Shown in pieces: positions 43,318 to 56,270 of a stretch of DNA of 64,000 nt (its first letter is position 1; every line of letters begins with the position of its first letter). Source of the stretch: the human T2T-CHM13v2.0 reference genome, Homo sapiens; NCBI RefSeq assembly GCF_009914755.1, contig NC_060927.1; one strand, written 5' to 3'. A model generated the notes under the pieces. It was not told the origin of the DNA and did no database searches. It saw only the letters and a program-made list of their open reading frames with translations. A program made the position numbers and the translations under genes.

Positions 43318-44860
43318 TCATCCTTCCTGCTTTAATAAACTCAGCCAGAGCCTAGTCAACAAGGCAAAAGAAACAGGTTCTTGGACACTGGAATCCCAGA
43401 CGAGGAATGTGCAGCACTTAAGTGGATGAGCAGAGAAAAGCCCTGCGGGGGATGATTCTAAAGTAGAGAAATGACAGCCACAGTGGATACCACACATATG
43501 CCAAATATCATCTCTCTGCTGGTCTATGACCAAAGTACACGTAATCAAATTCACTGAATTCATTTATGTTTAGAGTTCTCAGGTTTCTAAAAACCACTCT
43601 TAAAAGTGCTACTTCTAGTCAAGGACTAGCTCAGCGAGAAGCATTTTATTGACAGTGTCCATATTTTCTGAATTCAAATCATAACTTGGTCTGACAAATG
43701 ATTTGTAAATTCTTTTTGAGTGCCTAGGCCACAAGGTTAGCATTTCAGGGACATTTCAACTTTGTATGATTGCTTGAGATGGAATAGCTGGAATCAGGAC
43801 TCATCTTGAAAAATCTAAGAGCACTCATACCTCATACAGAGTATGAATAGGTTCAAGATCTTTTAGACAAGAAAGAAAGGGAAGGGCATTCACCAGATGA
43901 AGCCCAATGGGATATAACAAGCCACCTCAAGTTAAATCACTGGAAACACTATTGGTAACTGACGACAGAGCCCCAGAAGCCATCAATAAAGCCAGAATCC
44001 ATTCCTCTCAACATGGAACCTCACAAACCCCTCTCTTTCTCCTCCTATGTTGCCATTTTGATTTAATGAAGGGTCACAGAAGGGGGTTTCTGAATGGGGA
44101 TAAAAGTTTATCTAAAATTCAGAACAGCCCCTCACCTATTCTGGGCCATCTGTCATGAGATGAGATACAGATCTCAAACCTTGAGGAAAACAAATTAGTT
44201 CATACTAAATCTGCATTTTATAAATGTAGAAACCAAGCATAGAGGAGGCAAATTATTTCCCAAATGTCAATCCCTGATATAGAAAAAAATTTAAAAATTT
44301 GCCAATCCTCTGCATTTGCAAAGCAAAGATTTCCTCCACCTATGAAGCCTTACCAGGAGCAGTTCCAGGTACCTCAATGTCACCCATTCGGGTGTTATTA
44401 AGGGTGAAGTCTCTTTATTGGACTTGCATCTAGCATGTGATCTGGTCATGGCTCTGAAGCCTCCATTTAGATGCAGGCAGTAAAGGGAAGCAACTTCGGG
44501 AAAAAATGATCACCTTGATGCTGTCATGCCTTAAATTACAGTGATGTGACAAACCAAATAGAAATGTCTATCATATAGAAAAACATAAACTGGCTCACAG
44601 AACATACTCCTGCAGTTGTAGTGCCACTTTAACAACTTTATAAACTTGCAGTATAATTAGTTTTGCAGCTCAATGATACCCAACAATGTCTACCCTGAGT
44701 TGCTGGAGTTTCTAACAGTCCAACCAAACATAACACATAATCTTAATCCTAGTTAGAATGCATTTAGACCAAAGAGGTGCTACCCCTTCTCAAACTGGCA
44801 AGAGACTAACCATCATCAAACTACGTATTCACCCTTGAGCTGATATGTGGCCAAATGTTA

Positions 44861-45376
<516 letters not shown>

Positions 45377-46164
45377 CTACCAAAAGAACAAAACACACAT
45401 GGTTAGGTTTACAAGGAGTGCCAGCATTGGTGTTAGTGGATCGCGCGCACACACAACTGAATGACCATTACACCTTCGTGAGAACTCTTCATAGGTCAAA
45501 GCTACTTCCCCCAGGATAGGAGACAGCCTTAAGCCAATGCCATTTCTTCTAAGATATGATTCAAGCTCAACCACCACTCAGATGACATATTCATCTAAAG
45601 AAGAACGTGTTTTTCTTTTACACAAGCACTATGTCATGGTATTATTTATTAGGCAGTATAATTATCCCAAATAAACCTATTCAACTGTCTCAGCAGTTCC
45701 TACTCACAGGTTTAGCCTGTGGCCACTGACACAGCAAAGTCAAATATCTTGGATTTGGCTCCCATCAGCATCAGGGCCCACATCTAATTAGATGTACTCT
45801 GAGTTACAAACATTTGACTAGAGAAAAACTAACAGCCGCCCACTGCCAGGTGCTCCTCACCGCAGCACCACCCCAACTGTTGCGCAGGTCAATCAATGCG
45901 CCCTGGACCCGCGGTGTCTCCTGGTGGCTGGAGCAGGCCACTGCCTTCTCCTGTCTCCACTAACCACCTGAACCTGCTCACTTCCAACTCTGAGCTTATT
46001 CCTGAAAACGGCCACTTTTATCAGAAACTCCCCTTCGTTTAAAGAAATAAAGCCCCTAAAGGCTGAAAAGTGAAGGCTAAAAGTAGTTATATCTAAAGCC
46101 TTGAAAAAACTATAACTTTTTAACTGAAGATTTTAAATAATACCAATATCATTAGCCCCTAACA

Positions 46165-46330
46165 CAGCACTTCTCCAACTTTAATGTGCACACAGATCAC
46201 CTTAGCATCTCAATAAAATGCAGGATATGATCCACTAGCTCCAAGGTGAAGCCTGAGGTTCTGCATTTCTAACAGGCTCCCAGGTGATGCTTCTGCTGCT
46301 GACACTGCTGAGTAGTCGAAGCCACACAGC
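46165..46330. mobile_element. MER5A-like hAT-Charlie MITE
   Basis: cttctccaactttaatgtgcacacagatcacct...ctgcatttctaacaggctcccaggtgatgct. Confidence 0.8.
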
Positions 46331-47119
46331 CAAGCCTTGCAAAGCTCCTTCAGAACTGCCTCCAAACCACAACTATTGATACTTAGAGGGTAGGTTTCCC
46401 TCATCTGTTTCCAAGAACTGTAATTCAAATTATTTAAATTTCCTGAGACTGCAAAATTCTATCTTAAAGTCCTTTCCCTCTGGGAAGGGACTCCATCACT
46501 TTCAACAGATTCTTAAGGAAGTCCCTATCTCCTGACAAGGTTAAGAACCACTGTACTTATAAAAACCAAAATTTCTGAAAGACTTTTTATAAATGGTATA
46601 GTTTCCTACTTTGGTGAGTTATCAGAATTGCAAGAATACTGTTTTCTGTTCTTTTGTCATTATAACTAAGCAGTATTTCAGCTACACTGTAGACTAAGTG
46701 GAATTAATGTTCTGGCCTGGGAAGTAAGCATCCTGGAACGATGTGTTGCATACTGTGTGACGTGTTGCAACTTATAAAAGAAACTTTAGATTGAAACCCA
46801 GATGTAAACTGAACAAATTAAGAAAGGAAATGTCAAAATATAAAACCCTCTAAACAGCTCCATTCCTTCAAAAGACCAGGTGCTTTTGATAAGGAAACAC
46901 AGGACATGGTGGAAGACTAACACAAACTGATACTACAGGAGAGGGGTAAAGCTTGAAGCTTAGAAAAAAAAAATAAACTTTAGTGTTTAGGATATGTGGT
47001 CAGTAAGACACATTTTCTGAAAATGTTTCCTTTAAGTGAAACAGACCAGCTTGAATTCTCCAGGAAAGAATTAAGGCTTCAGGAAGGCACAGCATTGCTA
47101 GTACATGGAACTCTCAAGT

Positions 47120-47671
47120 GATGGAGAAATACAAAGAGATAGAAAAATGGATTCGGGAAGGGGTACTGCTTATGCAGAAGACGTTCCATAGCAGGCCTGA
47201 CTGCTATCCTTTGAAAGTGCAGCTTGTGGCCGATGTCTGAGAACTTAAGATTTTGGGAGAGTTTCCACCACCATTAACTGATAGGAGTGGCTCACCATGC
47301 CTAAAATGTACAATCATTACAGTTTATACCAACACCTGCTTTCCTCTGGGAGTCTGGAAACGTTGGTATGTGCCAGGCAGGGGTGGCCTAAGTGAAAAGC
47401 CCCCAGTAAAAGCCCTGGGCACTGAGTCTCTAACAAGCTTCGCAGGTTGGCAACATTTCACAAGTGTTGACACAACTAGTTGCTGGAGCAACTGAGCACA
47501 GCCAGTGTGACCGCTCGAAGACCCTTGGAGCCTTGCACTTGGTATCCCCAGAACTTCACCCATGTGCCTCTTCCCTTTGCTGACTGTGCTTGATATCTTT
47601 TCCCTGTAATAAATCAGCCGAGTCCTCCTAGCAAATTGCTGAACTAAAGATGGCCTTGGGGACCACAGCAC
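47120..47671 (+). mobile_element. ERV solo LTR (MER21-like)
   Basis: cccccagtaaaagccctgggcactgagtctctaacaagcttc...cttccctttgctgactgtgct...gtaataaatc...gagtcctcctagcaaattgctgaac...ttggggacc. Confidence 0.75.
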
Positions 47672-49689
47672 ATTGCTCACGTTTAATTTTTAAAAACTTA
47701 GATTGGTTTATTAGGTTTGTATTACTAAAGGCACCCTATAGAGTCATTTTATATTCAGCCACACATCTCTTATCTCTCACAATTGGTCAGTTTAAAATTC
47801 ATTTAAGGGGAGAGAGCAGGAGGAAGATGCAAACGAAAAGCTTTTCTTTAAGCATAATATATGAATACAGTATAAGCACATTCACCAGAAAGTGTGGCTA
47901 ATCAAAGAATGCAAAACACTTAAGCCAAAATAAAATCACTTAAAAGAATCTTTCCCATCTACAATCACTAACAAACCCCAATACTGTATAACAAATGCTT
48001 TCCTTAGAATATAAATTTCACTACCCATACTGCCAAAAGTTACATCATTTGTTTCTCTGTGTTCATGTTGAAATGATTTGAGGCTCAGTTAATTGGAGCC
48101 TAAGCTTAGAGGTTTCTGGGCAAATACATTATTTCTCTGATTCTCACACTACTCATACTGTAAGACAACCATTCCTCTTAACAGCTTTCTAGAGCAGAGG
48201 GGAGAATAGATGAAGCATCCTACCACATTAAACATACAAAAGTCTTAAGGTACATATCATAATTTCGGAAACAGCAAGAAGTAAAACACATATCTTAGAA
48301 TCCAATACTATAGTAATTAAAGAAGACAATGCTTTGTCTAGAATAGTACAGCCAACACAACCTTGCCCATAAGCCTTAGAGACCACCCCAATAGGAGTAA
48401 ATATTTCTGTAAAATCACAGAAAAGTTTTTGAAGAGCAATTGTTTTCCATTTGAGTTGACTATAAGCATTAAATGTAAAAAGACTAAAAGATTTACAGTT
48501 CATACTTTGGTGACTACCCCACAGATAAACCCTATAAGAAAATCAATGTTGACAACCATACTATAGGCAACAGACAGACAGTCACTATATTTTAAAGGTA
48601 CCCTAACCTCCTTTTCTATAATATTTGAGGACATGAAGACGTGAGGAAGCTCTTGAAGGAAAGGATTTGTATATCCCCGGAAACAAGCACGGTGTGGTAC
48701 ATAGGAGGTCCTCAAGAAATGTCTGCTGAATTTTTCACATTTTCATCTTTTGTCTGTATACAATTTTGGAGACAAACCACAAAGGCCTTACACAAAACAG
48801 TTACGGAAAAAACAGATGGCCTGTGCAGAGGGGATTATTTTTCTGATTGCAGCTGTCACTTCAGGATTCAAGAGTATCGTAAAAGCTAAAAGGCACTTTA
48901 GACATCAGTAGTTATTACTAAATCGGGGAGGGAAGTATGAATTTCTACATCCCCTGGGCAGTTTTACAGAATGTAGTTCAGAGTTACCAGCAAGGTTGTT
49001 AGCATGCAAATTTCTGGGCCCTCATCAAGCCCACTGGATTGCCACTTCTGATGGCTGAGGCCCATAATCTGCATTAACGTAATACGCTCTCTAGATGAAT
49101 TTTAGGTCCACTAATGGAGGACAACAGTCAAACGCAGCTCAGTTAAACACACGGCTGTCAGAAATTATATATTGCTTGTAACAAGGTTGCCCAGACTGAT
49201 CTAAAACATTTCTTTTTGTCTCAGAGATATGTTAATCAATCCAGAGGGAAAACTGGTTCTCCTATTGACCTAAAGGAGTGATCAGCAGTTATCTTTTTAG
49301 TCTGATTTTAGAGAGGAAACGGACTATACCTCAATGTATTTTCGTGACCATGAGGTTACAAAGCTTGATGTCCAGGAGGCAAAAACCAGTACCAGCAGAA
49401 GAAGCTGAGTAAATCAGGTTCCTCTGCTCAAAGATGAGCCCAGTGACATGAAACCCGAGGCACCAGATTTACAGCTAATGAGTGGCGAAATCAGATCCTC
49501 TTCCTCCCAGTCTATCCTTCCTGAAAACAGTGAATAACCTGGTCTCAGTAACCTGTTGGACAACCCAGCTGTCGGCCAATCGTTGCGGAATTATTTGCTG
49601 GTAAATGAATTGGAAGCATATGATGTAATGCAGCTGCCCTTCTCCCCACACACCTGAACTTCAGATTTCACAGCTGTAGAGCGTGTCTC

Positions 49690-50310
49690 TTAGGCCCGAC
49701 ATGACGCCCGGCGGCGCAGCCCACGTGGAAGCCGTGCTCGCACAGGCAGTTCTGCCACCACCGGGCGGAGGCCGGCACCACCCTCCTTGCTAAGCCTCCA
49801 AACTTTCCGTGCGCTCGTCACCGGTGTCGCGACCATTAGCAGGCCACGTGTGCGACTCTCTGTAACCAAGGCTTCCGCGACCCTACCCCTAGATCCGGGC
49901 CCCACCCACCCTGCCCCAGTCTCCGGGGAGGTGGGACGCCTGGGAGCGCGTCCCAGGTCCCGCAACCACAGCGCCGGCCACCGAGGCTTCTCGCCGACCG
50001 ACAGGTCTCCCAGACCCGCACCCGAGCCCGGGTGCCTAAAGCAGCAGCGCGCGCCCCGCGGGATCGGGCACTACCCGGCCTGCCCCGGCGCTGGGATGCC
50101 CACGAGAGCGCCCCACTCACCCGGCACGGCCTGTTGCTCGCGGCCGCGAGCCCACTGCGTTGCGGCGCAGCGGCTGGAGGCGGGGCAGCGTGGGCACGCT
50201 CCGGGCCGTGCTCCAGCCCCCGCCCCGCCCCGCCACGCCGGCCCGCAAGTGGTGGCAGCCCGGAGGCCTGGCTACCCGGCGGTGTTCCGCGTTCACGCCC
50301 GGGCGTTTCT
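49690..50310 (-). promoter_or_regulatory. RIOX2: RIOX2 CpG-island promoter (TATA-less; GC boxes; E-boxes)
   Basis: Very high GC and CpG density; tandem CCCCGCC GC boxes 50217-50234; CACGTG at 49722-49727 and 49845-49850; NotI site 50140-50147. Confidence 0.93.
50121..50185 (-). other. RIOX2: RIOX2 non-coding exon 1 (5' boundary approximate)
   Basis: Strong donor CCGG|GTGAGT at 50121/50120, just downstream of the GC-box cluster. Confidence 0.75.
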
Positions 50311-50339
50311 TTAGTCCATATGGAAGGAAATAAATGGCC

Positions 50340-50526
50340 TTTTTTTTCCTTTTTTTTTTTTTTTTTTTTTTTTTATGGTATGTGAGACAAGGTCTCACTC
50401 TCGCCCAGGCTGGAGTGCAGTGGTAGCGATCTTGGCTCACTGCAACCTTTACCTCCCGGGCTCAAGCGATCCTCCTGCCTCGGCCTCCCAAAGTGCTGGA
50501 TTATAGGTGTGAGCCACCCACCCGGC
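50340..50526 (-). mobile_element. Alu monomer (FRAM-like or internally recombined Alu)
   Basis: Poly-T followed by a single right-arm-type monomer ending ...gagccacccacccggc. Confidence 0.85.
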
Positions 50527-51089
50527 TCTCCTTTTTTTTCTTTTAACTTGGGGCGGCAGGAGAGGATTTGAGAGAGCGTTTTGGTGCAACTCCGTTCCTT
50601 TTATGAATAGAGAAGCAGGCCTGAAGAGGAATACCAGCGGTGCAAGTTTAGGGAGTTGGTGGTCCGGGTTCTCCCATGGCTTTCTTATGGGCTGTGTGGC
50701 TACACAATGCTGATTTGTACAAGCCGAGTGTCATTTATATCATCTCGCTCCGGGAGAGAGAGTCAATCCTAGTTTTAAAAGATACTGGAAATTCGTTGCG
50801 ACTATGGCTATAGAAACAGAAGAAATGCAGTTATCTGAGTCCTTTCAGCCTAACACTCCCTGCTTTGGAACATTTGGTTCCAGTCAGGAGGCACAAATGA
50901 GGGAGCAGGGAAATCAGTGGCGGGCCTGTGCCTTTCTTTGCTCTGTAGACAGCCAGAGGACCCAGAGGAAGTCGACATTTCGTTCCGTCAAGGTGACTGA
51001 GACCAGTGGCTGCTTCTAAGGATCAAGTGGCACATGAACAAATGGGAACAAAGTACACCCTTGTCTAGTATTTGTCTAAAACTAACAAT

Positions 51090-51290
51090 AATAGCAAGTC
51101 TTGAATTGAGTTCTTCCTGGCTATAAGGCACCACGCTAGGTGTTTCAAATACTCCTCACTTCATCCTCACTACAACCTTGCAATTACCTCCATTTTACAG
51201 TTGAGGAAACTGAGTCAGGAGAGGTTAACTAACTTGCACAAGATCACACAGCTAGGAAGATGCAGAAACAAGATTAGAGCCAAACCAGTC
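51090..51290 (-). mobile_element. MIR SINE
   Basis: cctcactacaacc...ccattttacagttgaggaaactgag...agaggttaactaacttgcacaagatcacacagcta. Confidence 0.85.
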
Positions 51291-51864
51291 AGTCAACTGT
51301 TGGTCTTTTTCACGTTTTACTAATACTCGTATAACTAGTAAGTTTCCTGGCAGGTTCCAGTTGGAAAAACTCGAGGGTAACATCAAATTTAGCCCTTACA
51401 GGGTAAAAAAGAATAGTCAACAGCAAAAATCTCTAGTTGATATGATATTGGTAATGTACTTCGCTCTTTATTTTGACTGCAAGACATCTACTCAAGATAA
51501 TATAGAATAATATTGCTGTTCCCGGGATTCAGATAAAGGTAAATTCTCACACGTCCACCACTTGGAAAAGCAGTACGGTTGTAGAAAAAAGTTATAATGT
51601 CAACACAAAATACCATTTTCTCAGCATATAAAATGGCCGCAGGATGTCTAACAGAACAAAAGTACATATGGAAGTCAGCTTTGCAGGGGGAAATCATACA
51701 TCTTGTGTAGGAGTTCCTCTAATGCAAAATTAGTATATCAGTATGTTCTCTCTGATTTTTTTCATTATAATTCCGATTTCTTAGCATAGCAAGCAAAAAA
51801 GTCATGATAGTTCCATTTTCAGACCTAAACAGTGCCCATCATTCCTGTGAAGAAAAGGAGAAGG

Positions 51865-52170
51865 GGCCAGGTGCGGTAGCTCACGCCTATAATCCCAGGA
51901 CTTTGGGAGGCTGACGCCGGTGGATCACCCGAGGTCAGGAGTTCAAGACCACCCTGGCCAACATGGTGAAACCCCCGTCTCTAACAAAAATACAAAAAAA
52001 TTACTCAAGCATGGTGGTGCCTGCCTGTAATCCCAGCTACTCAGGAGGCTGAGGCAGGAGAATTGGTTGAACCAGGGAGGCGGGGTTGCAGTGAGCTGAG
52101 ATTGCACCACTGCACTCCAGCTTGGGCAACAAGAGCAAAACTCTGTTTCGGAAAAGAAAAAGAAAAAGAG
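51865..52170 (+). mobile_element. Alu (AluS)
   Basis: Full dimer, GA-rich tail, TSD-like gaaaaggagaagg/gaaaaagagaagg. Confidence 0.95.
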
Positions 52171-52216
52171 AAGGAAAGTTAGTTTGTGCTTGGGTGACAA
52201 GAGCGAAATTCCGTCT

Positions 52217-52420
52217 AAAGGAAGGAAAGAAGGAAGGGGCGGGGAGGGAGGGAGGAAGGGGGAGGGAGGGAAGGAGGTAGGGGAGGAAGTAAGGGTGTGG
52301 TGGGATGGGATGGGAGTGGAGAATGGCTTGCAACCTTGCCTGAGAGGAGGAAGAGGAGGTGAGGAAGTAAGGGTGGCATGGGATGGGAGTGGAGAATGGT
52401 CTGCAACCTTGCCTGGGAGG
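52217..52420. repeat. Purine-rich low-complexity tract plus ~60-bp direct repeat (2 copies)
   Basis: (GGAA/GGAG)n then gaggaagtaagggt...gggatgggagtggagaatgg..tgcaaccttgcctg.gagg twice. Confidence 0.85.
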
Positions 52421-53546
52421 CTTCTAGAATATATGGCCTTCCTACATGTATTGTTTCTGGTATTTTTTTTTTTTTTGGAAAAGTTCTTCCAGAGGACAAG
52501 ATGCAGACTGCTATCCAGTCCCCACCATAGGTTCATTTAAAAGTCAGTTATTTTGTTTCTGTAATTAATTTTCTCATGAAAACAATGTTGTAGATGGCAG
52601 CTCTCAAGATCTGTCCGGAAAAGTCTAGAAGCCTCCAGATTTCTAATCAACAGACTAGCGCTCCTCCTCTGTAACTGAGGAACAAGATGCCAAGGAGACA
52701 GGAGAAAGAAGAGAATTCCCTTCATGTCTCGGCCATAAACCCTGAAACAGACTTGTCCATGAGCCTTGTAAAATAAGTTACATTTCTGCAGAGGTGCTTG
52801 ACGTTCACACCGTTTGGATTGCTTTATTAAAAGACTCTTTTTAGAGCCAAGTTTGTCTTCCTCTTCTGTGGTCTCCTAGGCTCTTCTTCCTGTAGAGCTT
52901 TTGGTTTTTAGCCACCTCATTGTGGCTGTGCACCTGTCCAGCCTGGGCATCAGGCTGCAAAAGTGCAACCCTGTCCTACTCCTACCTCCAGTCACAATGA
53001 TGCTGGGTGCAAAAAAATCTAAAAATGGTGGTGTGTAAATGTACTTTTTATGGTTATTAGATCTAACTCTGGAGGGGCCAGGTATATGAATTTGGAAAAC
53101 TCTCTTTGCTAACATTCACTTTCCTCATTTATAAAGTAAGATTGCACCAGATGTACTGTGATATCCCTATTGGCACTCAAATTCCATAGGCTTAAGGGTC
53201 TGTGCTCCAATTTTCAAAGGGCATTAGAAGAAGAATCAGTCTGATTGGAATTACCTTTCAGTCTATAAACATTGAAGAACTTATAAAATGATTAATATTT
53301 GTATTTTTGTTGTAAAGCTTTATTTTATAATGCTACTGTGTCGTACGATTCCAGGAAACACACATTGCTTTAAACTATGTGAGTACTGCCCCCTATGTGT
53401 TTGTATTCACTTTGGTCCAGAAAATATCTAAACCATGTCTTTCTAGTATATGACTTTAATATTTATACCACTATATTGGGCTAACTTTTTAATATAAGGA
53501 AACAGACACATCAAGGTTAAGGAACTTGCTCAAAAATACATCATTT

Positions 53547-53852
53547 GATAGTCCATTTTTTTCATTTGGGCTGCTATAAGAAAATATCTAAGACTGGGTG
53601 GCTTATAAGCAACAAAAATGGACTTCTCACAGTTTTGGAGGCTTGTTCTCTGGTTCACAGAGGACACCTTCTAGCTGCATCCTCACGTGGTAGAAGTGGG
53701 AAGGCAATTCTGTGGGTCCTCTTTATAATCCCATTTATAAGGCTTTACCCGCGTGACATAATCTACTCCCAAAGGCCCCACCTTCCAATCACATTGGTGA
53801 TTCTGTTTCAGTATATGAATCCAGGGTGGGGACAAACATTCAGACCATAGCA
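53547..53852 (-). mobile_element. MaLR LTR (MLT1A-like)
   Basis: tgggctgctataag...gactgggtggcttataagcaac...tctcacagttttggaggc...ggggacaaacattcagaccatagca. Confidence 0.85.
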
Positions 53853-56270
53853 CCCATACTGCCTATCAAGTAATATTCTTTGGACCTCTGTTTATGTTTC
53901 TCCAAAAGTGGTTAATTTCACCTAACTCGGAAAGATGCTGTGAGTTTCAGGTGAGGTGGAGTAAGCAAAAGAGTTTTAAAACTGTAAAATGCTATTGAGT
54001 GTGAGAGGCATTACTGTTAAATCCCATATGACATCTTGAACATGATTCCATGGAATGAATTAAATGCAGTTGGGCCTTTTATACATGCATACTTCACTTA
54101 ATTTACACAATTCATCAAGCAGAGTACCTTCAAATTGATGTCATATCACCATGGGATAATCTTGGTGTCTTAGTACCTTCAGAAAAGTCAAATTTGTTTA
54201 ACAATGACCCAGGCCGAGGTCTTTCAAGACTATAGTAGTTACGATACAGCTCATAGAACTCAACGTACTTAACTTGATAACAAGCATACCATCACCGTTT
54301 GGAATTATATTTTGCATATTTATAAAACTATGATTTAAACTCCTTGGGAGCAAGAAATGTGCTTCTTTAATTCTGAGAACTGCAACAGAGTTCTTCACAG
54401 AGTAGTTACTCTGTTTACAAAATTGAATTGGGTAAGCATTCCTATTTTCTTTTCTTGCTTAGAGTCCAATTTCTTTTACAGCCTGTGCCTATAGGAAAGT
54501 TGGTGTTAGGCTGCATGACTTTTCTTAAATGATTCTGCAGACCTCCTTTCTCCAGCAACCCAGCACTTGCAGGTGAAAATATGCCTCAGGATTTTCCAAT
54601 GACTTTCCCTTACAGAGATGTTTTCTTACTTAACATGTTATCATAAATCTTGAAATTGACTTGCCCAATTCTTATAAAAATATGTACTCCTGCAGAGGTG
54701 CTTTCTGCTCATACTCTTTGGGTTGCTTTGTTAAAAGGTACACAAGCTCCTATTGAAAATGTTTCCTACAAGACTAACAGAATGTATATATGGGTCAGGA
54801 AGCCCCAATATTATGATGCAACATTAGTTTACTTATTTTCCTTTAAAATATCATAATGACCTAAAAATGACCAACTAAGGTGGTACTAGTCAGGTACTGA
54901 TGGGTCTGTTAATGAAGTTTTTTAAAACTTTCAAAGAAGAGAAAAATATACCTCATATAAACTGGTTCTGAATATAGAAAAGGAAAATAACTGAAAAAGA
55001 AAATTACAGACAAATGTTATTTATAAACCTAGAGGCCCAACCTTTGGTGAAATAACCTCTGTGGGATTTTGACTTGAAATTTCAGTTGAATCCCCCAAAC
55101 TGGAAACAATATTATTATTTTTTATTTGTTCAATACTTACCACTTTCCATTTTCCAGGCCCTTTTAAAAAACTGAGTACATAAACTTATTAATACACACA
55201 AAAATCTAAAAGGAAGATACTATAACTCTCCAAGTTTTACATGTGAGGAAACTGAGGAACCAGGAAACTAAGTTATTGGCCAAAGGTCCCAAAGATCCCA
55301 CTGGGGTTGGAAAGTTCTTGTACCCCAGAGATACGGCCCTGGGAATGTGGAGGCTGCTTCTCACCTGGAATATCCTGAAGAAGGAGTTGGCCGGTGACCT
55401 CATCATAGCACTCTGAGGCAAAAAGGCAGTGTGGAAGCAGCCTACTCTCACACAGATTGTCACATCAAGGACCACTGAGCATCTTCTGGGCTGAGTGGTT
55501 GCTGTGGAAAGTAGTTAGGCTTGGACAACCTGGAAGGTGACAAAGAGAGTGGCATAGTGGACCAGGAAGCAGTGGGGTCCATTGGCCCAGACAGGAAAAG
55601 AGACACAGGGTCTTAGGCAGTCTGTCAGAGATCTCAAGGTTAATTTCAATAAACCCAGTCTCACCTCCAGATCAACCTTCTCCTTGTCAACTAAAGAAAA
55701 AGCTAGACTTTCAAAGAATTAAATTAATTTCATTCAGAGTCTCACTGACAATTGCAACCAGGGAGAGCCTTTCAGAGTTCTGTTAGACTGTTCCAAAGCA
55801 GTGTTTCCACCCATAACTTATACATTAGGTGGTGGAGGTTCTGTGCATGTTCAGAAGTTACATCGAATGTACTCAGAAGTTACATTAGAGCAAAATCTCA
55901 TCAAAGTTTGGGTGCAAGAGTACATCTGGTTACAAATCACAGAGGTATAATTATTAATCCTGTCAGATGTTATCTTATGGACAGGAAAAGGCAAAAGCTA
56001 GGATCATTGGACTTATCTTTTCTAAAAATGCAGTGATTTAGGCAAGAGATGTGGGAATCTGTGCTCGGTTCTGCTTCTCATCCTCAAGGCATTCTTCCGG
56101 AGGGCTGTGCTTGTCACTGAGTCAGGGGCTTCTGAAGGTAGGCTGACAGGCAGAATGAGCAACATTGCTTTTTCACAGCAAGGGCTATGTGGCTGGCCAG
56201 AAGCAGACATTTGTTACTTTATCTCACACCCTGCATCCCTTGAAAGCTTCAACATTTGAATAGCTGTCAC

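Noticed and set aside
49690-50440. Several overlapping 90-175 aa ORFs
   Set aside because: Stop-poor GC-rich CpG island giving low-complexity Arg/Pro/Ala/Gly translations.
51943-52540. 197-aa and neighbouring ORFs
   Set aside because: Made of Alu and low-complexity purine/pyrimidine tract.
52850-53085. Possible + strand exon (pyrimidine tract with AG at 52878-79; CAG|GTATAT near 53080)
   Set aside because: Pseudo-exon-level evidence only; no partner exons or ORF.
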